From Alphaproteobacteria bacterium (GTDB lineage: Bacteria > Pseudomonadota > Alphaproteobacteria > JAAXGF01), in assembly GCA_963555825.3 (NCBI GenBank), contig CAUVXB020000002.1, forward strand, positions 1,376,001-1,440,000: a DNA stretch of 64,000 nucleotides, given 5' to 3'. The translations under genes were made by a program, and so were the position numbers. Below the pieces are notes generated by a model. That model worked only from the letters and a program-made list of their open reading frames with translations, was not told the origin of the DNA and made no database searches. Below, one piece after another: positions 19,915 through 29,658 of this stretch (its first letter is position 1; each line of letters starts with the position of its first letter).

Positions 19915-21069
19915 TCATTCGTCGAGAGCGACGATAGCGCCGTCCGCAAGGACATGGCTACAGCCTTGGCGGCGCGCCTCCGCCCGGGCGTCGTCGCAGG
20001 GCTCCAGCGCGGCGGCTACGCGCCAGCCCTCGGCGCGCAGCCGGGCGACGTCGACGGCATCGACACCGACCGGCGCGAACAGACGCGATGCCGGCGCCGG
20101 GGCCGGCAAGGCGCGCAGCAGGCTGTCCATGTAAAGCGTGAATCCGGTCGCCGGCTCGCCGTCGCCGTCGTCACCGCCGGCGTGATAGCGTCCGCCGCGC
20201 CCGAGCTCGCCGCGCACGCCGAGGCCGAACACCGTGAAGCTGACACCGGTCTGGTATTCGAAGCCGCGGTGCTCGACCGGATCGACGGTGAGGCCGATGC
20301 CGGACGTGTCGGCGGCAACCAGCGACGCGACCTCGGCCAGGCCGTCGCGCATCGCCGCGGCGGCCGGCGGCAGCTCGAGCGCCGCCAGCGCGGCGAGCGC
20401 CGCCTCGTGCGGCCCGGCGGCGCGCAACATGGCGCCCAGGAGTTCGGCGGCCCGGCCACCGACCGCGGCGACCGCGGCGGCGTCCTTGCGGTCCAACGCG
20501 GCGCGCGCTTCGGCCGTCGCGTCGTCGTCGAGGCCGAGGCCCTCGCAGACCGCGGAAACCAGCGTCGGCAGCGTCAGATCGATACTCAGCCTGCCGGCGC
20601 CGACGGCGGCCAGCGCCCGCGCCGCCAGCAAGATGACCTCGGCGTCGCCACGGGCCGCTTGGCTGCCGATCAGCTCGGCACCGACCTGGACAAACTCGCG
20701 CTCGACGCGCAGCTGGCCGGCGGCGACACACAGCACCTCGCCGGCATAGCTCAAGCGCAGTGGTCGCGGCGCCGTGGCCAGCCGCGTGGCGGCGATGCGC
20801 GCGATTTGCGGCGTGATGTCGGCGCGTACCCCCATCATGCGCTGCGAGGCCGGGTCCATCAGCCGGAAGGTGGCGCCTGCCATCGCCGCGCCGGCGCCGG
20901 CGAACAGGCTCTCCTCGAACTCGACGAGCGGCGGCTTGACGCGCTCGTAGCCATGGGACGCGAAGCTTTCGAGCAGACGCGTGACGACGCCGGCCTCGAA
21001 CTCGGCATCGGGCGGCAGCGCATCGCCGAGGCCCGGCGGCAGCAGCGCGCGGTTGGGGGTCTTGTTCAT
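19915..21069 (-). CDS. hisZ: ATP phosphoribosyltransferase regulatory subunit
   Basis: RADITPQIARIA, QVGAELIG and GRGGRY; adjacent to purA. Confidence 0.93.
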   Translation of the reverse strand: MNKTPNRALLPPGLGDALPPDAEFEAGVVTRLLESFASHGYERVKPPLVEFEESLFAGAGAAMAGATFRLMDPASQRMMGVRADITPQIARIAATRLATAPRPLRLSYAGEVLCVAAGQLRVEREFVQVGAELIGSQAARGDAEVILLAARALAAVGAGRLSIDLTLPTLVSAVCEGLGLDDDATAEARAALDRKDAAAVAAVGGRAAELLGAMLRAAGPHEAALAALAALELPPAAAAMRDGLAEVASLVAADTSGIGLTVDPVEHRGFEYQTGVSFTVFGLGVRGELGRGGRYHAGGDDGDGEPATGFTLYMDSLLRALPAPAPASRLFAPVGVDAVDVARLRAEGWRVAAALEPCDDARAEARRQGCSHVLADGAIVALDE

Positions 21070-21088
21070 GACGGGTCCGCTTGATCCT

Positions 21089-22666
21089 TTAGAAGTTCAG
21101 CGCCGCGGCCTGGTGGACGCCGTCGATGGCGCGCACCTTGGCGAGCACGTCTTCGGGCAGCGCGCCGTCGACTTCGATCAGCGCGATGGCGTCGCCGCCG
21201 GCTTCGGCGCGGCCCAAGTGGAAAGTCGCGATGTTGACGCCGCCGTCGGCCAGCGCCATGCCGAGATGGCCGATGATGCCCGGCTTGTCCTCGTTGGTGA
21301 TGTAGAGCATGTGATGGCCCAGCTCGGCCTCGATGTTGATGCCCTTGATCTCGACGACGCGCGGCTTGTTGTCGCCAAACAGCGTGCCGGCGATCGACCG
21401 CGAGCGCCGTTCGGTGGTCACCGTGATGCGGATCAGCGATTGATAGTCGCCCCGGCGCGCGTGGCTGGTCTCGCTGACCGCGATGTTGCGCTCCCTGGCG
21501 ACCAGCGGCGCGTTGACCATGTTGACCGAATCCATCAACGGCGCGAGTAGGCCGGCGAGCGCGGTGGCGGTCAGCGCGCGGGTGTTGAGCTCGGCCGCGT
21601 GACCCTCGTACTCGACCGTCACCGCCACCAGCCCGGTCGCCGTGAGCTGACCGGCGAAACCACCGAGCTGCTCGGCGAGCCGCATGTAGGGCCTGAGCTT
21701 GGGCGCCTCCTCGGCGGTGACCGACGGCATGTTGAGCGCGTTGGTCACGGCGCCGGTCAACAGGAAATCCGACATCTGTTCGGCGATCTGGCGCGCCACG
21801 TTCTCTTGCGCCTCAGTCGTCGAGGCGCCGAGATGTGGCGTCACGATGACTTGGTCGAACGCGAACAGCGGGTTGTCGGTCGCCGGTTCCTCGGTGAAGA
21901 CGTCGAACGCGGCGCCCGCGACATGGCCGCTCTCGAGCGCCGCCACGAGGTCCGCCTCGACCACCAGGCCGCCGCGCGCGCAGTTGATGACGCGCACCCC
22001 CGGCTTGGTCTTGGCGAGTGCCGCGGCATCGATCATGCCGCGCGTCGCGTCGGTCAGCGGGACGTGGAGCGAGATGAAGTCAGCGCGCGCCAAAAGCTCG
22101 TCCAGCTCGACCTTCTCGACACCGAGCTCCTCGGCGCGTTGGGTCGAAACGAAGGGGTCGTAGGCCAGCACGCGCATCTTGAGACCCTGGGCGCGATTGG
22201 CGACGATCGCGCCGATATTGCCGCAGCCGACCAGGCCCAAGAGCTTGCCGGCGACCTCGGTGCCCATGAAGCGCGCCTTTTCCCACTTGCCGGCGCGCGT
22301 CGAGGCGTCGGCCGCCGGGATGCGTCGGGTGAGCGCCATGATCATGGCGATGGCGTGCTCGGCGGTGGTGATCGCGTTGCCGAACGGCGCATTCATGACG
22401 ACCACGCCGCGCGCCGTCGCGGCGGCGACGTCGACGTTGTCGACGCCCGAGCCGGCGCGGCCGACCACCTTGAGCGCATCGGCGGCGGCCAGCAGCTCGG
22501 CACTCACTTGGGTCGACGAGCGCACGACGAGGCCGTCGATGTCGGTCAGTTCGGCAGCCAGATCGTCCGCCGCCAGCCCGGTCGCCACCACGGCGTCGAT
22601 GCCGTTGGCGGTGAACACTTGCGCCGCGATGTCGCTCATCTCATCGGCGATCAATACCTTCGGCAT
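21089..22666 (-). CDS. serA: D-3-phosphoglycerate dehydrogenase
   Basis: MPKVLIAD, VGRAGSGVDNVD, GCGNIG, TPHLGAST and a C-terminal ACT domain. Confidence 0.95.
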   Translation of the reverse strand: MPKVLIADEMSDIAAQVFTANGIDAVVATGLAADDLAAELTDIDGLVVRSSTQVSAELLAAADALKVVGRAGSGVDNVDVAAATARGVVVMNAPFGNAITTAEHAIAMIMALTRRIPAADASTRAGKWEKARFMGTEVAGKLLGLVGCGNIGAIVANRAQGLKMRVLAYDPFVSTQRAEELGVEKVELDELLARADFISLHVPLTDATRGMIDAAALAKTKPGVRVINCARGGLVVEADLVAALESGHVAGAAFDVFTEEPATDNPLFAFDQVIVTPHLGASTTEAQENVARQIAEQMSDFLLTGAVTNALNMPSVTAEEAPKLRPYMRLAEQLGGFAGQLTATGLVAVTVEYEGHAAELNTRALTATALAGLLAPLMDSVNMVNAPLVARERNIAVSETSHARRGDYQSLIRITVTTERRSRSIAGTLFGDNKPRVVEIKGINIEAELGHHMLYITNEDKPGIIGHLGMALADGGVNIATFHLGRAEAGGDAIALIEVDGALPEDVLAKVRAIDGVHQAAALNF

Positions 22667-22671
22667 GTCCC

Positions 22672-23832
22672 CTACTCCGCCGCCGCGCGTTGCCTGATCT
22701 CGCGGTAGGCCCAATCGAGCCACGGCAGGAGCGCTTCGATGTCGGCCGTCTCGACCGTCGCGCCGCCCCAGATGCGCAGCCCCGGCGGCGCCGCGCGGTA
22801 GGCGCCGATGTCGTGCGCCACGCCCTCGGCGTCGAGCAGTACGGCGACCCGCTTGGCGGCGGCCGCCCGTTCGGCGTCGTCCAGCGTGGCGAACCAGGCG
22901 TCGGCGAAACGCAGGCAGATCGAGGTGCAGGAGCGTGTTTCGGGCGTCTGGGCCAGGAAGTCGGCCCAGTCGCTCGCCGCGACCCAGCGCGCGACGGCCG
23001 CGAGGTTGGCTTCGGCGCGGGCGATCAGCGCATCGAGCCCGCCGATCGCCTCGGCCCAGCGCAGCGCGTCGAGCACGTCCTCGACGCAGAGCATCGACGG
23101 CGTGTTGATCGTCGCGCCCTCGAACAGCGCCGCGTCGAGCTTGCCGCCCGACGTCATGCGGAAGAGCTTGGGCAGCGGCCAGGGCGGCGCGTAGCTTTCC
23201 AGGCGGGCGACCGCGCGGGGCGACAGGACGATCATGCCGTGCGCCGCCTCGCCGCCGAGCACCTTCTGCCAGGAGAAGGTGGCGACGTCGAGCTTGTCCC
23301 ACGGCAGGGCCATGGCGAAGGCCGCCGAGGTCGCGTCGCAGATCGTCAGGCCGGCGCGGTCGGCGGCGATCCAGTCGCCGTTCGGCACGCGCACGCCCGA
23401 GGTCGTGCCGTTCCAGACGAAGACGACGTCACGCTCGAAGTCGGCGTCGGCGAGGTCGGGCAGCGCGCCGTAGCCGGCCTTGAGCAGGCGCAGATCCTCG
23501 ATGCCGAGCTGTTCGGTGACATCGGTGATCCAGGTCTGGCCGAAGCTCTCCCAGGCAAGGACGTCGACGCCGCGCGCGCCCAGCAGCGACCACAGCGCCA
23601 TCTCGACGGCGCCGGTGTCCGACGCCGGCACGATGGCGACGCGGTGGTCATCGGGCACGCCGAGCAGCGCGCGCGTCCGGGCGATCACTTCGGCGAGCTT
23701 GGCCTTGCCCGGCGCGGCGCGATGCGAGCGACCGAGCAATGCGCCGTCGAGCACGGCCGGCGTCCAGCCGGGCCGCTTGGCGCAGGGACCGGACGAGAAC
23801 AGCGGGTTTTGCGGGCGGACCGATGGCTTCAC
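22672..23832 (-). CDS. serC: Phosphoserine transaminase (alphaproteobacterial type)
   Basis: [19 protein letters not shown] and [10 protein letters not shown]; GTG start. Confidence 0.93.
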   Translation of the reverse strand: MKPSVRPQNPLFSSGPCAKRPGWTPAVLDGALLGRSHRAAPGKAKLAEVIARTRALLGVPDDHRVAIVPASDTGAVEMALWSLLGARGVDVLAWESFGQTWITDVTEQLGIEDLRLLKAGYGALPDLADADFERDVVFVWNGTTSGVRVPNGDWIAADRAGLTICDATSAAFAMALPWDKLDVATFSWQKVLGGEAAHGMIVLSPRAVARLESYAPPWPLPKLFRMTSGGKLDAALFEGATINTPSMLCVEDVLDALRWAEAIGGLDALIARAEANLAAVARWVAASDWADFLAQTPETRSCTSICLRFADAWFATLDDAERAAAAKRVAVLLDAEGVAHDIGAYRAAPPGLRIWGGATVETADIEALLPWLDWAYREIRQRAAAE

Positions 23833-23969
23833 GGGACGCGGGCCTTGGTTGTTTGTGGGTTCCCCCGCGCCGGCGGGGGCGTGACGGTTGCGCAGTTTAG
23901 GCCCGCAGACGGCCGCGTCAACGTTCGTGTTGCGCTGCAGCACGCGGACGAAGCATCGGGCGAGGCGGC

Positions 23970-24374
23970 CTATTGCTTGTCGAGCTGCCTGACGGCTGCG
24001 AGTTCCATCGCCCAGGGCTGCGCCGAGCGGCACCAGTACTGGAACTTCGGCTGGAGCTGGTCGCGCTGGCGCGCGGTACCGAGGCGGAGGTTGAGGGTTT
24101 TCGGCCCGTCGCCGACCGAGAACGAATAGAGCGGCGAGGCACATTCTGGGCAGAAGACCTGATGGTTCGTCGCGCCGCTCTCGGCCGTCTTGACGTGGGT
24201 CTTGGGCGTGCCCGAGAGCAGCTCGAAGTTCGCTTCGGGCGTATGCACCGCCCAACGAAACGCCGAGCCGGTGATCGACTGGCAGTCGGTACAATGGCAG
24301 ACGTAGACCCTGTCGGGATCAACCTCGGCCCGATACGTGATGTGCCCGCAGTGGCACGACCCGTCGATTTTCAT
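23970..24374 (-). CDS. GFA family (glutathione-dependent formaldehyde-activating-like) protein
   Basis: GSCHCG, CHCTDCQ and FCPECASP. Confidence 0.9.
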   Translation of the reverse strand: MKIDGSCHCGHITYRAEVDPDRVYVCHCTDCQSITGSAFRWAVHTPEANFELLSGTPKTHVKTAESGATNHQVFCPECASPLYSFSVGDGPKTLNLRLGTARQRDQLQPKFQYWCRSAQPWAMELAAVRQLDKQ

Positions 24375-24510
24375 GTTCCCACTCCTTGCTGATGCCCACC
24401 GACGATCCAATCGGCAGGCCCAGATTATCAAACGTCGACCGGTGTTGCCTCGGTTAAGATGCGACAGGGGACCCGGCCCGGAGTTCCCACCGATTGCCCG
24501 AGGAAAACCA

Positions 24511-25281
24511 ATGTTGGGCGCCATTGCCGGCGACATCGTCGGCTCGATCTACGAGCACCGCAACATCAAGACCAAGGACTTTGCGCTGTTCGGCGCGCGC
24601 TGCGATTTCACCGACGACACCGTCTGCACGGTCGCCGTCGCCGACTGCCTGATCGCCGGTGGTGATTTCGCCGACTACCTGCGCCGCTATGCCCTGGCGT
24701 ATCCCAACCGGGGCTACGGCGGCATGTTCCAACAATGGGCGATGACCGGCGGCGGGCCCTACAACAGCTGGGGCAACGGCTCGGCCATGCGGGTCAGCCC
24801 GGTCGCCCACGCCGCGCGCGACGAGCACGACGCCCTCGAGCTCGCCCGGCGATCATCGGCGGTGACCCACGACCACCCGGACGCGGTCGCCGGCGCCCAG
24901 GCGGTCGCGCTCGCCATGTGGCTGGCGCGCGCGGGCGCCGACGCGCTGGCGATTCGCCGCGAGATCGCCGCCCGCTTCGGTTACGATCTCGCGCCGAGCG
25001 TCGACGACATCCGGCCGCATTACCGCTTCGACGTGTCGGCCGCCGGCACGGTGCCCCAGGCGATCACCTGCGCGCTCGAGGCGACCGGTTACGAGGACGC
25101 GCTGCGCAACGCGATCTCGATCGGCGGCGATTCCGACACGCTCGCCTGCATCACCGGCGGCATCGCCGAGCTCCTGTTCGGCCTGCCCGACGACATCGCC
25201 GAAACCGCGCGGCGCCACCTCACCGACGATCTGCGCGCCGTGGTCGACCGGTTTACCGACGCCGTCCAGACCGCCGAGTAG
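24511..25281 (+). CDS. ADP-ribosylglycohydrolase family protein
   Basis: GAIAGDIVGS, FTDDT, GNGSAMRVSP and GGDSDT. Confidence 0.92.
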   Translation: MLGAIAGDIVGSIYEHRNIKTKDFALFGARCDFTDDTVCTVAVADCLIAGGDFADYLRRYALAYPNRGYGGMFQQWAMTGGGPYNSWGNGSAMRVSPVAHAARDEHDALELARRSSAVTHDHPDAVAGAQAVALAMWLARAGADALAIRREIAARFGYDLAPSVDDIRPHYRFDVSAAGTVPQAITCALEATGYEDALRNAISIGGDSDTLACITGGIAELLFGLPDDIAETARRHLTDDLRAVVDRFTDAVQTAE

Positions 25282-25291
25282 CGCGCGTGGC

Positions 25292-26741
25292 GGCGATGTC
25301 CCTATCTCTGTTGAAATTCGTGGGGCAGGCGTCGCTGGTTGATGATGCTATGCTGCCTTCATGATGGTTTCAATGGCACTGTCGGCCTGAGCCTTTCTCA
25401 AGTGTTCCTGGAGAGCATTTCGGAGGATGGGCAGCTGACGATAGGCCTTGAGGCGACGGAAGGTTTTCTGGGCCTCCAGCAGGCCGGCGGCGGTCCATCT
25501 GAGCGCCATCTCGGCGTGTCTCCAGCGTTTGACGTTGCGGGTGACCTGGCGCACCGTGCCGAGCGCGTTCTCGACGATGTTGGTGCAGGCGAGCGAGCGC
25601 CGGAGTTCGTGCGGCAGGCCGAGGCGGATGACGGTGAGGATCTCGTCCAGCCCCTCCAGGATGCTGCCCGAGACGCCCGGTTCCTCATGCTCCAGACGCC
25701 GGGCCAGGTTGCGCAGCAGCCGTTCGGCCTTGTCTGCGTCGTCCTGGTCCCAGGCCTGACGGAGCGCCTTCTTGACGCTCGCATGCAAATGCAGGGGCAG
25801 GCGCTCGATGATGTTACGGCCCTTGTGGACCTGGCAGCGCTGGATGGCGGCGGCCACACCGAAGGTGTTGCGGATCGCTTTGCTGAGCGCCTTCGCGCCA
25901 TCGACGATGAACAGCCGGGGCAGCGTCGGATCGAGCCCCCTGGCGAGGAGATTGTCGAGCAAGGCCTGGACGACGACAGTGTTCTCCGTCGCCCCCTCGA
26001 CCACGGCCAGGACATGCTTGTCGCCGTTGCCATCGACGCCGATCGCCGCCACCAAGACATGGTCGCCGACATGCAGACCGTCGATCTGGATGACCAGCAG
26101 GTCGAGCTCCGAGAGGTCCGAGGCGAGCCAGGCCTTCATCTTCTTGCGCGACAGCGCCACAAAGCGCCGGGAAACGGCCGACTTCGAGGTGCCGTCGCCA
26201 CGCGCTTTCGCCAGGTCGCCCTCGGGCAGACGGACCGCGCGGTGGTACTTGCGGGTCGACACGTTCAGGACCATCAGGTTGAGCGCCCACTCGAGCAACA
26301 GGTTGCCGTCGCGCAGCACCTGCCAGCTCTCCAAACCCACCTCCTTGCCAGCATGGTCGCGAACCCGTGGCCGCTGCACTTTCACGCGGCCGCCGTGGTA
26401 GCCGATCTCGCTCTGCGTATGGCCCCAGCGATAACCCCGACGGTTCCCATGGCGACGATGTCGGGCCCCGCACACGGTCGTGGCGTCCTCCTCCATCATC
26501 TCGGCCAAGGCCTCGACCCCGGCCAGGAGACAGAACCGATCCACGCTGAGACGGACTGCGTCCATCGCGTCTGCCAGCGGCGGCATAGGAAACGAGGTGG
26601 CAAGGGCTTTCGGGCTACTGGAACTACGGATATTCTTTCCCATGGTGTCGTTCTCCCTCTTGGGTTTGCAGCACCCGGAGCCTAACGGCTCCAGGAGAGC
26701 GACACCTACCTCAACTTTTCAACATCGACCGGGACATCTCC
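25292..26741 (-). mobile_element. IS256-family element with 8-bp target duplication
   Basis: IRs GGCGATGTCCCTATCTCTGTTGAAA and (reverse complement) GGAGATGTCCCGGTCGATGTTGAAA; TSD CGCGTGGC at 25284-25291 and 26742-26749. Confidence 0.93.
25348..26643 (-). CDS. IS256 family transposase
   Basis: IQIDG, IVDG, QRCQVHK and TNIVEN Mutator-type DDE motifs. Confidence 0.93.
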   Translation of the reverse strand: MGKNIRSSSSPKALATSFPMPPLADAMDAVRLSVDRFCLLAGVEALAEMMEEDATTVCGARHRRHGNRRGYRWGHTQSEIGYHGGRVKVQRPRVRDHAGKEVGLESWQVLRDGNLLLEWALNLMVLNVSTRKYHRAVRLPEGDLAKARGDGTSKSAVSRRFVALSRKKMKAWLASDLSELDLLVIQIDGLHVGDHVLVAAIGVDGNGDKHVLAVVEGATENTVVVQALLDNLLARGLDPTLPRLFIVDGAKALSKAIRNTFGVAAAIQRCQVHKGRNIIERLPLHLHASVKKALRQAWDQDDADKAERLLRNLARRLEHEEPGVSGSILEGLDEILTVIRLGLPHELRRSLACTNIVENALGTVRQVTRNVKRWRHAEMALRWTAAGLLEAQKTFRRLKAYRQLPILRNALQEHLRKAQADSAIETIMKAA

Positions 26742-26802
26742 CGCGTGGCGCGCTGACAGCGGCCACGCATCCGCCAGGCCCCGACAAAGGGCCGGGAGCC
26801 AA

Positions 26803-27073
26803 CATGTGTGGACGGCTCCCTGTTGGCAAGAGATTTTGTGACGTTGATGCAAGCTGGTCGGGTGCTGCCATGTGTGGACGGCTCCCTGTTGGCAAGAGAT
26901 TTTGTGACGTTGATGCAAGCTGGTCGGGTGCTGCCATGTGTGGACGGCTCCCTGTTGGCAAGAGATTTTGTGACGTTGATGCAAGCTGGTCGGGTGCTGC
27001 CATGTGTGGACGGCTCCCTGTTGGCAAGAGATTTTGTGACGTTGATGCAAGCTGGTCGGGTGCTGCCATGTGT
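26803..27073 (+). repeat. Tandem array of 4 identical 66-bp units = terminal 66 bp of the IS110 downstream end
   Basis: Unit CATGTGTGGACGGCTCCCTGTTGGCAAGAGATTTTGTGACGTTGATGCAAGCTGGTCGGGTGCTGC starting at 26803, 26869, 26935 and 27001; also at 27873. Confidence 0.93.
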
Positions 27074-27874
27074 CCGGCCTTTTGGTGCGGCGTACATGGC
27101 CGCTGGCCCTAATGCGATCCGCGGGGTCGGGTCCCAGTCATAAGCACGCGCTCGAGGCGCCGTGGCTATAGCGGGTTTTCCCGATCCTCGGTTCGACCGA
27201 TTTTGCATTACGTCACTTACACTCCGCCAAACTCGTGAACGCCTTGTTTTCGTCGGCCTAGGCCGTCGCGGGCCTGCGATAGGTTCCGCCATGTCTCAGA
27301 AGCGCCCAGGCAATGCGGGCGTTCTTGTTGGCCAGCGCCACGGCCGCGACCTTGGTCGGCTTGTCGGCGATGATGTTGGCAAGCCATGGATCGGTCGTGC
27401 CGCGTCGCTTGGCGTGGCGGATGACCGTCATGGCGCCGGCGACCAGCAGCCAGCGCAGGTATTGATCGCCCTGCTTGGAGATCCGCCCCATGCGCTCCTT
27501 GCCACCGGTCGAGTTCTGTCTTGGCACCAGCCCGATCCAAGCGGCCATTGAGCGGCCCGATTTGAAGATCGACGGATTGGCAATCGAAGATGCCAGCGCG
27601 CTCGCCGTGATCGGTCCGATGCCGGGTGTGGTTTCGAGACGCAGGCTCTCTTCGTTCGTCCGGTGCCAGGCGTGGATACGCCTCTCAGCGCCGACGATCT
27701 CCCGCTCCAGCGACAGCAACTGCCGCGCCAGCCCTTCCAGGCAAGTCCGCGCCAGGGGCGGAATGCGCTCATCCGCCTCATCGCTGATCACCGCGAGCAG
27801 CTCCTTGACCTGCGGCAACCCGGTTCGCGCCACCACCCCGAACTCCGCCATGTGCGCCCGCGTAGCGTTGACCA
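27001..27874 (-). mobile_element. Partial IS110/IS1111 copy (downstream non-coding end plus 3' part of the transposase gene)
   Basis: Appears identical to 27873-28746 (offset 872); breaks at a CA dinucleotide inside the transposase gene. Confidence 0.9.
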
Positions 27875-27890
27875 TGTGTGGACGGCTCCC

Positions 27891-28129
27891 TGTTGGCAAG
27901 AGATTTTGTGACGTTGATGCAAGCTGGTCGGGTGCTGCCATGTGTCCGGCCTTTTGGTGCGGCGTACATGGCCGCTGGCCCTAATGCGATCCGCGGGGTC
28001 GGGTCCCAGTCATAAGCACGCGCTCGAGGCGCCGTGGCTATAGCGGGTTTTCCCGATCCTCGGTTCGACCGATTTTGCATTACGTCACTTACACTCCGCC
28101 AAACTCGTGAACGCCTTGTTTTCGTCGGC
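27891..28129 (-). ncRNA. Putative bridge RNA / seekRNA of the IS1111-type element (boundaries approximate)
   Basis: Position downstream of the transposase; two similar modules each containing GGTCGGGT, flanked by segments matching the IS termini (TGATGC, CATGTGT) and the right flank (CATAAGCA vs CATGAGCA). Confidence 0.6.
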
Positions 28130-29152
28130 CTAGGCCGTCGCGGGCCTGCGATAGGTTCCGCCATGTCTCAGAAGCGCCCAGGCAATGCGGGCGTTCTTGT
28201 TGGCCAGCGCCACGGCCGCGACCTTGGTCGGCTTGTCGGCGATGATGTTGGCAAGCCATGGATCGGTCGTGCCGCGTCGCTTGGCGTGGCGGATGACCGT
28301 CATGGCGCCGGCGACCAGCAGCCAGCGCAGGTATTGATCGCCCTGCTTGGAGATCCGCCCCATGCGCTCCTTGCCACCGGTCGAGTTCTGTCTTGGCACC
28401 AGCCCGATCCAAGCGGCCATTGAGCGGCCCGATTTGAAGATCGACGGATTGGCAATCGAAGATGCCAGCGCGCTCGCCGTGATCGGTCCGATGCCGGGTG
28501 TGGTTTCGAGACGCAGGCTCTCTTCGTTCGTCCGGTGCCAGGCGTGGATACGCCTCTCAGCGCCGACGATCTCCCGCTCCAGCGACAGCAACTGCCGCGC
28601 CAGCCCTTCCAGGCAAGTCCGCGCCAGGGGCGGAATGCGCTCATCCGCCTCATCGCTGATCACCGCGAGCAGCTCCTTGACCTGCGGCAACCCGGTTCGC
28701 GCCACCACCCCGAACTCCGCCATGTGCGCCCGCGTAGCGTTGACCAGCATGGTTCTCTGGCGGACCAGAAGCTCGCGCGTTCGGTGCAGCATCAGAACGC
28801 TCTGCTGCTCGACGCTCTTCACCGCGACAAAGCGCATCGTCGGGCGCGTGACGGCCTCGCAAATAGCCTCCGCATCGGCAGCGTCATTCTTGTTCCGCTT
28901 CACGTAGGGCTTCACATAGCGCGGCGGCATCAGCTTGACCTCATGCCCAAGCGCCGCGATCTCCCGCGCCCAGTAATGCGCGGTCGCACATGCCTCCATA
29001 CCAACCAGGCAGGGCGGCTGTTTCTCGAAGAAGGCCAGCACCTGACGCCGCCTCAACTGACGGCGGACGACCACGGTTCCCTCGGCGTCAACGCCATGCA
29101 CCTGAAATACGTTCTTCGCAAGATCAACACCGATCGTGATAACTTCGTTCAT
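28130..29152 (-). CDS. IS110 family transposase/recombinase
   Basis: IGVDLAK, MEAC and KNDAADAEAI (DEDD); GIGPITA and GLVPRQNSTGGK. Confidence 0.96.
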   Translation of the reverse strand: MNEVITIGVDLAKNVFQVHGVDAEGTVVVRRQLRRRQVLAFFEKQPPCLVGMEACATAHYWAREIAALGHEVKLMPPRYVKPYVKRNKNDAADAEAICEAVTRPTMRFVAVKSVEQQSVLMLHRTRELLVRQRTMLVNATRAHMAEFGVVARTGLPQVKELLAVISDEADERIPPLARTCLEGLARQLLSLEREIVGAERRIHAWHRTNEESLRLETTPGIGPITASALASSIANPSIFKSGRSMAAWIGLVPRQNSTGGKERMGRISKQGDQYLRWLLVAGAMTVIRHAKRRGTTDPWLANIIADKPTKVAAVALANKNARIAWALLRHGGTYRRPATA

Positions 29153-29319
29153 GGACGGCTCCTATTTCCCTGTGGTTCATCGAAACCACCATTTTGGCAC
29201 CTAGATGCCTGCGGGTGGGAGCCGTCCACCGCATCATGAGCAGACATTCCGAGGATTCCCTCCGCGCATAGATTCTTCCACTGCGACTCGCTAATCTCGC
29301 TGGCAAGGGAGGACGTCAC

Positions 29320-29658
29320 ATGAAGCGCCGCCTCGCGGCCATACTCGCTGTCGACGTGGTGGGCTACTCACGCCTCATGGAGGCGGACGAGGAGGCGACG
29401 CTCACGGCGCTAAACGCCTACCGCGAGGTCATCGACGGACTGATCGCGAACCACCGTGGCCGCGTGTTCGGCAGCGCCGGGGATAGCGTCGTTGCTGAAT
29501 TCCCAAGCTCGGTTGAGACGGTGCATTGTGCGGTCGATATGCTCGTAACCGAACGGTTGCCGCCCGACCTCGGCGCGGAACACGCGCAAGCCGACGTCGA
29601 GGTCGTCGAGGCCGGGACCGCTGCGCGGGATGGCCAGGATCCGGGACCGGCGCCGTGA
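29320..29658 (+). pseudogene. Chimeric ORF: N-terminus of a class III adenylate/guanylate cyclase fused to a DeoR/GlpR-like C-terminal tail
   Basis: MKRRLAAILAVDVVGYSRLM...AGDSVVAEF stops after about 73 aa; continues with DMLVTERLPPDL...DVEVVEA. Confidence 0.65.

Larger units (their letters stand above)
27873..29238 (-). mobile_element. Complete IS110-family (IS1111 subgroup) element
   Basis: Sub-terminal IRs TGGACGGCTCCC (27879-27890) and GGGAGCCGTCCA (29217-29228); long non-coding region downstream of the transposase; CATG at both ends. Confidence 0.9.

Noticed and set aside
26803-27073. 4 x 66-bp array as a CRISPR array
   Set aside because: Units are contiguous and identical with no unique spacers, there are no cas genes, and the unit equals the IS110 end.
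26480-27292. ORFs with repeated peptides (MCGRLPVGKRFCDVDASWSGAA and others)
   Set aside because: By-products of a 66-bp (multiple of 3) non-coding tandem repeat.
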